Source of the DNA: a virus
IMG/VR virus record: IMGVR_UViG_3300029268_000006
Location: 68,135 to 132,134 of that record
Direction: 5' to 3' (one strand)
Length of the DNA stretch: 64,000 nt
Part shown: positions 49,023-59,214 of the stretch, one piece after another
How positions within the stretch are numbered: the stretch's first letter is position 1
Layout of the letters: the number at the start of each line of letters is the position of its first letter
Notes under the pieces: model-generated
Told to the model about the DNA's origin: nothing
The model's database searches: none
Seen by the model: the letters and a program-made list of their open reading frames with translations, nothing else
Made by a program: the position numbers and the translations under genes

Positions 49023-49628
49023 TTAGAATGGAATTAAATAAAATCCGATGGTTGTATTTTCAAAACCAGATGTAAAATCTTTTATAATTTTATAATTTGG
49101 AAAACATTTTTCTAAAATGTACTTATACATTGAATATTTTTTATCAGATGGTTTTCCAAACATAAAGATATAAATTTTTTCATCTATATCTTTTTTAAAT
49201 TCACTTATTAAAAATTTTACTCTATTTAATAAATCATATTGTTCCTTTAAATCTGTTGGATCATCGTAATTTTTTTCGGTACTATTTGCTAATGAATAAC
49301 CAAGTGAAATAAACTTCTTATTATGTAAGATTTCATTTTTTAAATTGTTATTATCTTCTATTAATGTGACAAAATCCAATCTATATTCATTCCCGTTTTT
49401 TGAATTGAAAAAATAGGTATAATTAAATTCATTTGGATATTTGGGGTGTGGATATTTGGATACTGTGTAATCAACATTTTTATATTCAGTATCAAAAATT
49501 TCATCTATCATCATTCCATCTGGAATACCTTTACTACAAAAAATTTTATGATATTTTGTAAGATTATCAGATTTATATTCTTTCAAGAATTCACTATAAG
49601 TGAATAGACTTACTTTATAATAATTCAT
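49023..49628 (-). CDS. hypothetical protein with CTS-like FTYSEFLKE near the N-terminus
   Basis: 201-aa ORF. Confidence 0.55.
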   Translation of the reverse strand: MNYYKVSLFTYSEFLKEYKSDNLTKYHKIFCSKGIPDGMMIDEIFDTEYKNVDYTVSKYPHPKYPNEFNYTYFFNSKNGNEYRLDFVTLIEDNNNLKNEILHNKKFISLGYSLANSTEKNYDDPTDLKEQYDLLNRVKFLISEFKKDIDEKIYIFMFGKPSDKKYSMYKYILEKCFPNYKIIKDFTSGFENTTIGFYLIPF

Positions 49629-49676
49629 TAAGAATATATATAAAATAAGTTAAAAAGTTTTATATATAATCTTAAT

Positions 49677-49997
49677 ATGAGAATACACAAAGCGGAACAT
49701 TTTAGATTAAAAATAGAAGATGTAAAATATCGTAGAAATGACGATGGTACTTTATCGTTTAGTGAATGGACTGGTTATGGTAAAATAATTGTCTCTTTCG
49801 GTAAAAGTGTTGGTATAAATAGAGGAACAAGAAAACCAAAATTTAGAATGTTGTATGATAAAACCAGAATTTTAGATATTGATCTAACTGAATATCTGAC
49901 AAGACATATTGGTTACTTACACGATAAAGAAGAAAATATGATTACGAAATTTGATGATTTCGAAAAGAAAAGTGGAGAACAATTGAAACTATTTTAA
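49677..49997 (+). CDS. hypothetical protein
   Basis: 106-aa ORF; MITKFDDFE near the C-terminus. Confidence 0.5.
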   Translation: MRIHKAEHFRLKIEDVKYRRNDDGTLSFSEWTGYGKIIVSFGKSVGINRGTRKPKFRMLYDKTRILDIDLTEYLTRHIGYLHDKEENMITKFDDFEKKSGEQLKLF

Positions 49998-50013
49998 AAA
50001 TTTATTGAAAAAA

Positions 50014-50280
50014 TTAAATGTTAAACTTTTTAAACAAATCTTTTACGGGTGGTAAGTTTTTAAATATAATTTCTATTAATTTATCTGTATATGGATACTC
50101 ATATATACTTTCTAAATTTAAATCTTTTAATAATTTTTCATCAACGGTCAAAGTATAATTTGAATTTTTATCAAACCAAAAAATGATTTCGTAGATTTTA
50201 TCATCAACATTAAGAGATAATAAAATAGCTACACCATCTTTTATTTTACCAATATAATCAATAACAGATACACTTAACAT
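50014..50280 (-). CDS. hypothetical protein
   Basis: 88-aa ORF. Confidence 0.5.
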   Translation of the reverse strand: MLSVSVIDYIGKIKDGVAILLSLNVDDKIYEIIFWFDKNSNYTLTVDEKLLKDLNLESIYEYPYTDKLIEIIFKNLPPVKDLFKKFNI

Positions 50281-50281
50281 T

Positions 50282-50695
50282 TTGTGTGATGTTTTTTTAA
50301 TATATATAAAAAAAGTTAAACCAAAAGTGACCCCAGATTTTAAAGATTTTTATATTAGGTATCCCGGTCATATTAAGTATGTACCAAATAAAATGATTCA
50401 GGATGATACTATTGAAGTTGTTGTTCAGAAACTTGAAATGTTATTGTTCACTCAAACTGGTGAATTGTTTGGTGACATTGGTTTTGGTTCCGATTTGGAA
50501 TATTATTTGTGGCAAACGGACATACCATCAAACGAACTTAGAAATTTAATATCAACACAAATAAGTAATTATATTCCAGAATTAGAACAAATTGGATATA
50601 CAATGAGTATAAACATATATGAGGGTACAGTTCAAGATATTTTGGTTTTGGATTTTGTAATCAAAGGTTATAATATTGAATTCATAATTAAATAA
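50282..50695 (+). CDS. gp25-like baseplate wedge protein; likely GTG start at 50327
   Basis: LFTQTGELFGDIGFGSDLEYYLW. Confidence 0.8.
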   Translation: MCDVFLIYIKKVKPKVTPDFKDFYIRYPGHIKYVPNKMIQDDTIEVVVQKLEMLLFTQTGELFGDIGFGSDLEYYLWQTDIPSNELRNLISTQISNYIPELEQIGYTMSINIYEGTVQDILVLDFVIKGYNIEFIIK

Positions 50696-50697
50696 AT

Positions 50698-51546
50698 ATG
50701 ATAATAAATTTTAAAATATTTGAAAGTAAAAAATCTGGTTTAAAAAAGATTTCGAAACAAGAAGCAATTGATAGAAAAATGTTTGGCCCGGTTTATCATG
50801 GGTCGAGACAAGAAAATTGGAAAAATATTTTTGATCTGGGTTTTAAAATTTTTTATAAAGAACCATCTAATACATATTTGAATAATGAATATGAATTAGG
50901 ATATCCACCACCACTTCACCATTTAGGATACGGGATTTATTTTACTACGGTAAAATCAATAGCAAAAAAATTTAATTTTGGATCGGAAAAGAATTTAAAA
51001 GAATTTTATCTTGATATTCATAATATTTGTGAATTCGGACATCGAACAAAAAAAAGAATGATGGAATGGTGGTTAAATAATGGATATGATGGTGAATTGG
51101 GTAAAAAGAACAGAGTTAGTGCAACAAAAAAAATGACAGAATATTTAAAAACAAAATTTGATGCTGTATGGTTTAAAGATAAGGGTATGTATGGTGCGTC
51201 ATTGGATGGTGATCAGATTGTTATTTATGATACAAGTAAAATATATATGGTAGATGAAAGTTTATCTGGAAAAAAAGAAATAGGTTCTAATGTTGTTTTA
51301 GTTAAAGATATTATGAGAAAAACATTTGAAGTTGATACCAATACAGGTGAATGGATTCGAGGTTTTGAAATAGATATTCCGAATGGAATGACTGGAAAAA
51401 TTATAGACAGAAAATCAACAGAAAATATGTTTAAAAATTATAATGATAAAGAAGAACATTGGGCATATGGTTCTGATTATGTATATACTGTTAAATGGAA
51501 AAAGGGGGGAACCAGATATAATATTTTAGATGATCAAATAGATTAA
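50698..51546 (+). CDS. ADP-ribosyltransferase-like (ART-PolyVal-type) protein with CTS-like leader
   Basis: MIINFKIFE; VYHGS...LGYGIYFT...A..F...FDAV...DQIVIYD. Confidence 0.6.
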   Translation: MIINFKIFESKKSGLKKISKQEAIDRKMFGPVYHGSRQENWKNIFDLGFKIFYKEPSNTYLNNEYELGYPPPLHHLGYGIYFTTVKSIAKKFNFGSEKNLKEFYLDIHNICEFGHRTKKRMMEWWLNNGYDGELGKKNRVSATKKMTEYLKTKFDAVWFKDKGMYGASLDGDQIVIYDTSKIYMVDESLSGKKEIGSNVVLVKDIMRKTFEVDTNTGEWIRGFEIDIPNGMTGKIIDRKSTENMFKNYNDKEEHWAYGSDYVYTVKWKKGGTRYNILDDQID

Positions 51547-51576
51547 ACAATTTTTAATCATTGTTATATAATAAAC

Positions 51577-51981
51577 ATGGTAAATTTCATTACAGTTGTA
51601 GATTGTATTTTTGTAAACAAGGATAAATATTTGGAATTGACAGATGAAGATAAAATAAACTCATTCTTCATTATCAATAGAAAATTCAGTATGAAATATC
51701 CAAAAATAGCACAATTTTTAAATAATAAATCCATTGATAAAGCATCCGCTGTTGATCAATGGTTTGTTTTATTTAAAGATCAAAAGGGTATACCGGGGTG
51801 GTATTGGAAAACGAAAAGTAAAAAAGATACCGAAAAAGTTAAGAAAGAAAAAAATTATAGTAAAATTTCAGATAGATATGAATTAAAAGAAAGTGAAATG
51901 AAATTTCTGATTAAATATTTTAAACCAGAATTGGATAAAGAATTGAAACAAATTGAATTATATGAAAAAGGCGATGATTAA
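51577..51981 (+). CDS. possible clamp loader small subunit (T4 gp62-like)
   Basis: SFFIINRKFS...W motif; size fits; weak call. Confidence 0.45.
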   Translation: MVNFITVVDCIFVNKDKYLELTDEDKINSFFIINRKFSMKYPKIAQFLNNKSIDKASAVDQWFVLFKDQKGIPGWYWKTKSKKDTEKVKKEKNYSKISDRYELKESEMKFLIKYFKPELDKELKQIELYEKGDD

Positions 51982-51992
51982 AAAAGAATTTT

Positions 51993-52316
51993 ATGAAATA
52001 TAATTGGACTGACAAAAAAGTAATTGATTTTGTAAATTGGTTTTTAGATTTACATAAATTACCATTTAGATATAAGTTGGAAAATCAAACTATAATTGAT
52101 AGTTTTAAAAAAGGTGATGATTTTAAACTTTGGCAAAAAAATGATATATATGATGAAAATATTCATAATGAAATGAAAACACTTTTAATTACATTACACA
52201 ATAAATTAGATAGCGTTGGTCCTGATTTCAATTGGGAAGAATTTATAAATATTTCTATTGAATGTGAAAAAATACAAAATCATATAAAAAATAAAAAAAT
52301 TATTGATGAAATGTGA
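51993..52316 (+). CDS. hypothetical protein
   Basis: 107-aa ORF. Confidence 0.5.
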   Translation: MKYNWTDKKVIDFVNWFLDLHKLPFRYKLENQTIIDSFKKGDDFKLWQKNDIYDENIHNEMKTLLITLHNKLDSVGPDFNWEEFINISIECEKIQNHIKNKKIIDEM

Positions 52317-52497
52317 TGATTGTGAACATTTAAAATTTCATGATGGTGGAATTATTAAAAAAATTGACGATTTATCTTTTCATTATTGTGAAAAAGAACA
52401 TTGGGAATTTGATGAAAGAGATTTGGGTGAACCGGATTTAAATGAATCGGTAGATATATGGAATGATTGTACCGATTTTAAAAATAAAATAAAATAA
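52303..52497 (+). CDS. small Cys-containing protein
   Basis: CDDCEH...YC...C. Confidence 0.5.
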   Translation: MMKCDDCEHLKFHDGGIIKKIDDLSFHYCEKEHWEFDERDLGEPDLNESVDIWNDCTDFKNKIK

Positions 52498-52670
52498 TAT
52501 GGGAAAGTCTAGAAAACCAGTAAAGAGATTTAGAAAAAATTCAGAAAATAAATGTAAAATGAAAAAAATGATAAGTAAAAATATAGAAGTTTTAAAATCA
52601 TTTTCTAATTATTCTATTTTTGTAAATAAATTGAAAACATCAATTAAAAAGTAAATAATTTTAAAATTTA

Positions 52671-53072
52671 ATGAAAGATGTTCTATATCACAACCCAAAA
52701 ATAGAAATTCGCAGATCAACTGTGCATGGATATGGTGTTTTTGCAAAAGATGATATTTCAAAAGATGAGGTTTTAGAAGAAATTCCATTTTTGAGTTTAC
52801 CCATGTCACCATTTGAATCATCATCATTGTTTATTGATTATCGTTTTAATTTTCCGTCTGGTGGAAAATGGGTGGAACAGACAATTCCATTTGGTTTTGC
52901 ATGTATTTATAATCATTCCAATCAAAATAATGCAATATGGTTTACTGATAATGAAAATAGACTTTTTATTTTTTTCGCAAAAAATGATATTAAAAAAGAT
53001 CAAGAAATTTGTACCTATTATGGTGATGTTTCTTATTGGAATGATGGTAGAAGTCATATAAAAGTAAAATAA
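52671..53072 (+). CDS. SET-domain protein (lysine methyltransferase-like)
   Basis: STVHGYGVFAKDDI, YNHS..NNA, IKKDQEICTYYG. Confidence 0.9.
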   Translation: MKDVLYHNPKIEIRRSTVHGYGVFAKDDISKDEVLEEIPFLSLPMSPFESSSLFIDYRFNFPSGGKWVEQTIPFGFACIYNHSNQNNAIWFTDNENRLFIFFAKNDIKKDQEICTYYGDVSYWNDGRSHIKVK

Positions 53073-53086
53073 AAGTAAAATAAATT

Positions 53087-53980
53087 ATGATGTTATATAA
53101 TGATAAATTCTGGAAGGATAATTTTTATGATGTTAAAATAGGAACTAAATCATTTGGTTCTTTATATATTAAACTCGTATTGGAATTATTGGAGGAAATA
53201 TATAAACCTATGGGTAAATGGGGAAAATTATATGGTGAAAGAAATGGTGTTTTCAATACTGGTTATTCCTTAGAAAATGTTAAAATGTTTGAAAGTTTAG
53301 AGGAAAAATATTATCAATATTTTCATAAAATGACAGATACGGAATGGTCATTTTTCAATAAAGCAGACACACATACAACGGGATTAACAACTAATATGAA
53401 TTATATTATAAAAAGACACAATGTTGATCTTGATTTCAGTATTGGTAATGATAACGAATCATTAAAGAAAAATAGATTATCTTGGAATAAATTTAAGGAT
53501 TTAATGATAGAAGAAAAAATGAATATTTTTACACCAAATGGTGAAAATAGTAAAGATATTTTCAATGATTTGTTGAGTAATTTGGCATGGACTTATTACG
53601 TTGGTGAAAGATCCGAACTTATATCGATGAAAAATTTTAAAAATATACTGGGATATAAAAAAATTGTCAAAAGTAAAATGGGTCAATTTAAAGATACATT
53701 ACATGGAAAAGACTTTGAGGCCGATGATGATTCGGTACAAGCAAAAAGTTTTGGTAAAATAGAAAAAAGAGAAACATATATAAGATTTCCAGATGTTTCA
53801 ACAAAAAAATATGATAAAGTGAATTTGTTCTCTTTTTGGTGTGACGAAAGAAAATCTTGGTTCGTATTTAAAAATGAAAATGTAAGAATGGGTAAGAGAA
53901 CAGGTTTCACTTTCCCCCTTGATAGTTTAATATATCCATCAAAAACCGATTATTTATCTGAATTAGAAAAATCATTGTAA
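53087..53980 (+). CDS. hypothetical protein, possibly PD-(D/E)xK-like
   Basis: D..HGKDF....VQAKSF; weak call. Confidence 0.4.
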   Translation: MMLYNDKFWKDNFYDVKIGTKSFGSLYIKLVLELLEEIYKPMGKWGKLYGERNGVFNTGYSLENVKMFESLEEKYYQYFHKMTDTEWSFFNKADTHTTGLTTNMNYIIKRHNVDLDFSIGNDNESLKKNRLSWNKFKDLMIEEKMNIFTPNGENSKDIFNDLLSNLAWTYYVGERSELISMKNFKNILGYKKIVKSKMGQFKDTLHGKDFEADDDSVQAKSFGKIEKRETYIRFPDVSTKKYDKVNLFSFWCDERKSWFVFKNENVRMGKRTGFTFPLDSLIYPSKTDYLSELEKSL

Positions 53981-54013
53981 ATAATTAATATATACTTAAA
54001 AAAAATAGTATAT

Positions 54014-54622
54014 ATGAAACTAAATAATCTTTTGAATTTTTCAGATTTTGCAAAATCTTGGAATCCAGAACAACAGAAAAAAACAAAAAGGACTGAAATT
54101 GGATTGGATATTATTAAAGAAAATAAAAAACCAACCTTAACAAAAAAGGAATTACAAAAAAGAGTATCTGAAGAGGCAAAAAGAATGCAACAAGACCTAA
54201 AGAAACAAGGTTCTAGTTGGACCATATCTCAATGTAAAAAAGAGGCAGAAAAAACTTTCAGGGAAGAATTTGAAATTAAAGAAAATAATGAATTTCAACA
54301 ATTTTCAGTTTATTATTCTGACCGTGTTGGTCTATTATGTGTTGAAATCGGTGATAATGGTGTTGAATTGGCAAAAGAAAATATAATTGGATTAGAACAA
54401 GTTTTCAATGATGAAATCAAAAAATATATCAACAGTCACGACAATCCAAAAATAGAAATTAAGAAAATATTATTTGATAAAATTAATATTCATTCTTATT
54501 TTGTCGATCCTAAAATGGTAAATGAATCACCTGTTAGTATAAATTTAACATCAGAACAAGTTGAAGAAGTTTTAGAAAAATCAAAAGATTATAATTTAGC
54601 ATCGGAACTAGATTTTATGTAA
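54014..54622 (+). CDS. hypothetical virion-type protein
   Basis: Leader MKLNNLLNFSDF; late-promoter motif upstream. Confidence 0.55.
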   Translation: MKLNNLLNFSDFAKSWNPEQQKKTKRTEIGLDIIKENKKPTLTKKELQKRVSEEAKRMQQDLKKQGSSWTISQCKKEAEKTFREEFEIKENNEFQQFSVYYSDRVGLLCVEIGDNGVELAKENIIGLEQVFNDEIKKYINSHDNPKIEIKKILFDKINIHSYFVDPKMVNESPVSINLTSEQVEEVLEKSKDYNLASELDFM

Positions 54623-54638
54623 AATAATTAATTTAAAA

Positions 54639-55139
54639 ATGATAAAAAATTGGAAACAATATAATGAATCTTTCAATATTCCGGGACTTAGAATAAAAGA
54701 AATAACCGGGGGGTTAAAACCAGCTGATAAAGGTCATAAAAATATGATCGCAACATTTTTTAATACTTTTGAAAATTATATTGATGTTGAAGATCCTGTT
54801 AAACATATTTTTAAAGTAAATGATTTAACTGGTGATGTCCTTAATAGTAATCGTGTTCAATTTAGGGTTTTAATACTAGGTAAACAAGAAATAGAAGAAA
54901 CTGTTAGAAATAATATAACCAATTTATCTATGATTGAATTCTATGATAATTTACCAGATACATTAAATATCTTCGGTATAAATATGAAACCTATGTCTTT
55001 TATAAATAAAGAAGATTTAAAATTCACATTTAATAACTCTTTAACTGTCGATGAAATAATAAAAATTATTACAATGATATCAGGATTCCAATATAAATCG
55101 GAAAAAGATGGGTATTATATGTGGACAAAACAATTATAA
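54639..55139 (+). CDS. hypothetical protein with CTS-like leader
   Basis: MIKNWKQYNES. Confidence 0.55.
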   Translation: MIKNWKQYNESFNIPGLRIKEITGGLKPADKGHKNMIATFFNTFENYIDVEDPVKHIFKVNDLTGDVLNSNRVQFRVLILGKQEIEETVRNNITNLSMIEFYDNLPDTLNIFGINMKPMSFINKEDLKFTFNNSLTVDEIIKIITMISGFQYKSEKDGYYMWTKQL

Positions 55140-55142
55140 TCA

Positions 55143-55298
55143 ATGAAAAACATTAAAAATTTTAAAACTTTTATTACTGAAAATTTAATAACAGAATCAA
55201 GTAGTTATATTTGTAAAGTATGTGGTGATTCCAGATTGGAACATGAAGAATTTGATGATGATCCAAATGATGAAAATAAAATTTTTTTATTCCAATAA
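55143..55298 (+). CDS. 51-aa CTS-leader protein, not in the ORF track
   Basis: MKNIKNFKTFITENLITESSSYICKVCGD...LFQ*. Confidence 0.55.
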   Translation: MKNIKNFKTFITENLITESSSYICKVCGDSRLEHEEFDDDPNDENKIFLFQ

Positions 55299-55329
55299 AT
55301 TTTCTTATATTAGTTTAAAGATATATTAT

Positions 55330-55722
55330 ATGAAAAGTAGGTTCTGTATAAAATGTAATAAAGAAATTAAACCATATCTTCCGGATGAAAATGATAAACC
55401 AGAATATGGTATGTGGGAAGATGGTATTGTTGAAATAATTAATGGTGGATACGGTAGTAATTTTGATGGGAATAAGTATTTAATTGCAATTTGTGATGAT
55501 TGTATTGAATCTAATTTGGATAAATTAAAATATCCAGATAATTCACATAAAAATTTGTTTTTTAAATACAAACCAACCGGACAATGGATTAATTTCAATG
55601 AAGATGGTATCTGGTCATTGGATGATGAAAAATCTGAAGAAGATAATATTTATGAGTTCATTAATGAAATTATGTTAGATTTGAAATGTTCGGAAGATGA
55701 TATCGAAATACTATATCAGTGA
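55330..55722 (+). CDS. Zn-finger hypothetical protein (start reassigned to ATG at 55330)
   Basis: MKSRFCIKC...GGYGSNFDG...ICDDC. Confidence 0.55.
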   Translation: MKSRFCIKCNKEIKPYLPDENDKPEYGMWEDGIVEIINGGYGSNFDGNKYLIAICDDCIESNLDKLKYPDNSHKNLFFKYKPTGQWINFNEDGIWSLDDEKSEEDNIYEFINEIMLDLKCSEDDIEILYQ

Positions 55723-56735
55723 TTCAAAAATTTAACCCAAAGAAATTTAGAACCTACATTATATACAAATAAATTTCTTCTAGACCACCATTTTAACAAT
55801 TTACAATATCTCCACTTATAAATTCTTATTATTTTTCTTATAGTTTTATTATAATCTACCGTTGATGTTTTAAGAAACCAAGGCATCCATCTGATTGATT
55901 TACTAACTATAATAGGAACCCCCTTATTAACAAAATCCGCACTAACAATATTGAAACTTTCAGTATAAGATAATTGTAATCCCAAATCCATTTTTTTAAT
56001 TAAATGATGAAATTCTTCTTGTTTCATCCAATAATGTTTAACTAATTCGTGATGACTGTCTTTGAATAATTCCTCTAGATTTTTTAAAACCGGATTTTTT
56101 ATTTCACTTTTATCTAAATTCACATCCACACTAATATGAAATTTTAATTTTTTACCAATTTTATTAGCAGCTTCCATTGAACATATTGCCTGATAACATT
56201 GATTTTTTAAAATTCTTAAAGAACCAAAACACCCAATATCAATGTGATCGGATTCACTTTCTTTTTGTTTATTATGAAAATTTAAATCTATAATATTTGG
56301 TAAATAAATAAATTCATAAGATAATACATTTGTTAAATGTTTATTAAATTCATAATAATTGCAAGATAAAAATAAATTATTCTTTTTAAGAGAAATATAA
56401 TCATTGATATATTTCAAGGCCAATGTTTCTGCACTTAAAAATCCAATATCACTATGTATTCTAACAATCCATTTAATATGTTTATATCTTTTAATTTCGA
56501 TCAATTCCTTCATTTTTTCACCAGTTACCCACAACGCTTCAATGATAACTACATCCGGTTTAAATTCGAAAATTTCCTTATCTATATAATTTCCATCAAT
56601 AACCTGAACAACTTTGCAAATATATCCAATTGTTTCTAAATATTTAGAAACTTGTTTTGATGAATTAATCAATCCATATGATTTCGAATGTGTTTTGTTG
56701 TAAAATCTGTCTTTCAGGACAAAAAGTATTCTCAT
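55716..56735 (-). CDS. GT-B glycosyltransferase (GT4-like)
   Basis: IGCFG..R.LKNQ; QLSYTESFNIVSAD....GVPII.S. Confidence 0.75.
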   Translation of the reverse strand: MRILFVLKDRFYNKTHSKSYGLINSSKQVSKYLETIGYICKVVQVIDGNYIDKEIFEFKPDVVIIEALWVTGEKMKELIEIKRYKHIKWIVRIHSDIGFLSAETLALKYINDYISLKKNNLFLSCNYYEFNKHLTNVLSYEFIYLPNIIDLNFHNKQKESESDHIDIGCFGSLRILKNQCYQAICSMEAANKIGKKLKFHISVDVNLDKSEIKNPVLKNLEELFKDSHHELVKHYWMKQEEFHHLIKKMDLGLQLSYTESFNIVSADFVNKGVPIIVSKSIRWMPWFLKTSTVDYNKTIRKIIRIYKWRYCKLLKWWSRRNLFVYNVGSKFLWVKFLNH

Positions 56736-56785
56736 TTAATTATAATTTTTGTTTTTATATATTGATAAAAAATAATCGAAACAAT

Positions 56786-56814
56786 AAAAAAACCCCTTTT
56801 TTGAGGGGTTTTTT
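56786..56814. terminator. intrinsic terminator after phoH
   Basis: AACCCCT-TTTTTG-AGGGGTT flanked by A and T tracts. Confidence 0.75.
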
Positions 56815-56818
56815 ATTT

Positions 56819-57682
56819 TTATTTGAATCTATCTAATATATTTCCGATAATTGGATTTCGAACTATATCTTCTTTTCTAAATTCTATGAACCCCATTCCG
56901 GTAATTCCTTGTAAATTGTCATAAACATATTTTAATCCACTTTCTTCCGGTTTCTTAAATCTATCTATTTGGTTTAAATCGCCAGATATTATAAATTTAG
57001 AATTATATCCAATTCTAGTAAGAAGCGTTTTTATTCCTTTTATTGTCATGTTCTGACTTTCATCACTGATAATCAAAGAGTTATCTAAATTTACACCTCT
57101 TAAAAACGACATATATAATGGACATAAGATACCACTTTCGACTAATTTCTTTCTGATATCTTCACCAACAATTTTATCAACCAAATAATAAATAGAATAT
57201 AAATATGGAAATGTTTTTTGCTCTAAATCTCCTTTGAGGTAGCCGATTTGCTCTTCACTCTCGATGATTGGTGTAATAATAAATATTTTTTCATAATTTC
57301 CAGATTTAAATAATTCTAATGCTTTAGCTATTGACAAGTAGCTCTTACCTACGCCCGAGTCACCAATACAAATTGTTATTTCGTTTTCATCAATTAAATG
57401 TATAAACTCCTTTTGTTTTTGATTTTTGCATTTAAGATTAACTTTCTTTAACATCGTTTCAGCGTATTGTTTTTTACCGAAAATAATATCATTATTTTTC
57501 TTTGATACTTCTTCTATAACATTTTCGTTGTCAAGAAAATTTAGATAATTGTTCTTACTTTTAGCCATATGATAAGATTCTTTTTTGTTTAATCCATTAA
57601 AAAAACCGATACCTTCTTTTTTCAAAGATGACATCGGTGATTTTAAAGTTTTAAATAATGAAGCACGATTACGTTTGATCAT
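56819..57682 (-). CDS. phoH: PhoH-like ATPase
   Basis: GDSGVGKSY, GYLKGDL.QK, FLRGVNL, DESQN, GDLNQID, DIVRNP. Confidence 0.9.
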   Translation of the reverse strand: MIKRNRASLFKTLKSPMSSLKKEGIGFFNGLNKKESYHMAKSKNNYLNFLDNENVIEEVSKKNNDIIFGKKQYAETMLKKVNLKCKNQKQKEFIHLIDENEITICIGDSGVGKSYLSIAKALELFKSGNYEKIFIITPIIESEEQIGYLKGDLEQKTFPYLYSIYYLVDKIVGEDIRKKLVESGILCPLYMSFLRGVNLDNSLIISDESQNMTIKGIKTLLTRIGYNSKFIISGDLNQIDRFKKPEESGLKYVYDNLQGITGMGFIEFRKEDIVRNPIIGNILDRFK

Positions 57683-57818
57683 ACCCCATTATATATTAAT
57701 CTAAAAATATGGATTTTATTGAAATACCAGTAATGACTTGGTATTCAGGTGTATTTATTTTAATTTTTCATTTGACTTTTATATTTTAATATATAAATGT
57801 AGAATGTAAATTATTAAT

Positions 57819-59192
57819 ATGTTAAAAAAAACAAATGGTTATTGGATATTTGAACGATGTAAAGATGAGGCTTTGATGTATAATACAAGATCAGAATTTA
57901 ATAAGAAGTCAACTGGTGCATATTTAAAATCATTAAAAATGGGGTGGTTGGATGAATTTTGTTCACATATGTTTGAATTTAGAAAACCACGTAATTATTG
58001 GACAAAAGAAAAATGTAGAAAAGAGGCTTTAAAATATGAACACAGAGTCGATTTTCAAAAGAAATCTGGAACTGCTTATGTTTTATGTAGGACAAATAAT
58101 TGGTTAGACGAATTTTGCTCACATATGGAGATATTGGGTGATTTATATAAACGTTGTATATATGCTTATGAATTTCCTGATAATTCTGTTTATGTTGGTT
58201 TAACATTTAATGTAAAGAAAAGAAATAAAGATAGAAAAACAAAAAAAAATGATGGTGTGACTAAGCACATATCAGAAACTGGTTTACAACCAAAAATAAT
58301 ACAATTAACTGATTATATTGATGTGAAATCTGCAATAATTAAAGAAGGTGAATATGAAAAAAAATATAAAGATGAAGGGTGGACTATTTTAAACATAGCT
58401 AAAACTGGTAGTATAGGTGGTGGTTTTAAAATATGGACAAAAGAAATATGTCAAATAGAAGCTTTAAAATATAATACAAAAAAGGAATTTAGAGAAAACA
58501 ACGGAAAGGCTTATAATGCATCTTATGATCATGAATGGCTTAATGAAATATGTAGTCATATGAAAAAAATGATAAATGTTAAAGGATATTGGACAAAAGA
58601 AAAGTGTCAAGAAGAATCCTTGAAATATAATATAAAAGAAGAATTTAGAAAATATTGTAGTGCAGCATACGGTAAGGCATGTGATAATAAATGGATTGAT
58701 GAAATCTGTTCTCATATGTCCGAAATCAAAAAACCACGTAATTATTGGACAAAAGAAAGATGTCATAAAGAAGCTTTAAAATATAAAACAAGAACAGAAT
58801 TTCAAAATGAATCTACTAGTGCATATAATAAATCTCTTAAAAATAAATGGTTGTGTGAAATCTGTTCTCATATGGAAAAAATATATTGGACAAAAGAAAA
58901 ATGTAGAGAAGAATCTTTAAAATATACAACAAGAACAGAATTTCAAAAGAAATCTCATGGTGCATATTATATTTCTTTAAAAAATAAATGGTTGGATGAA
59001 ATTTGTCATCATATGATAGAAATAAATAAATCAAGAGGATATTGGATAAAAGAAAGATGTTATAAAGAATCTTTAAAATATAAAACAAGAACAGAATTTC
59101 AAAAGAAATCTGTTGGTGCATATACTAAATCGTTAAAAAATAAATGGTTAGATGAATTTTTCAATAAACAAACTCGATTTAGTATTTCTTAA
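57819..59192 (+). CDS. GIY-YIG endonuclease with WTKE.C...ALKY...WLDEICSHM repeats (paralogue of 46740-48002)
   Basis: CIYAYEF..SVYVGLT...R core; two repeats upstream and five downstream. Confidence 0.8.
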   Translation: MLKKTNGYWIFERCKDEALMYNTRSEFNKKSTGAYLKSLKMGWLDEFCSHMFEFRKPRNYWTKEKCRKEALKYEHRVDFQKKSGTAYVLCRTNNWLDEFCSHMEILGDLYKRCIYAYEFPDNSVYVGLTFNVKKRNKDRKTKKNDGVTKHISETGLQPKIIQLTDYIDVKSAIIKEGEYEKKYKDEGWTILNIAKTGSIGGGFKIWTKEICQIEALKYNTKKEFRENNGKAYNASYDHEWLNEICSHMKKMINVKGYWTKEKCQEESLKYNIKEEFRKYCSAAYGKACDNKWIDEICSHMSEIKKPRNYWTKERCHKEALKYKTRTEFQNESTSAYNKSLKNKWLCEICSHMEKIYWTKEKCREESLKYTTRTEFQKKSHGAYYISLKNKWLDEICHHMIEINKSRGYWIKERCYKESLKYKTRTEFQKKSVGAYTKSLKNKWLDEFFNKQTRFSIS

Positions 59193-59214
59193 TTTTTAAA
59201 GTTTTAAATCTCGA

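Noticed and set aside
41676-53072. Assignment to a eukaryotic giant virus (single-chain Topo II, SET, RFC-like, HSP60)
   Set aside because: A T4-like baseplate cluster (gp5, gp25, LysM), PhoH, bacterial IS elements, lipoproteins and Bacteroidota-type promoters indicate a bacteriophage.
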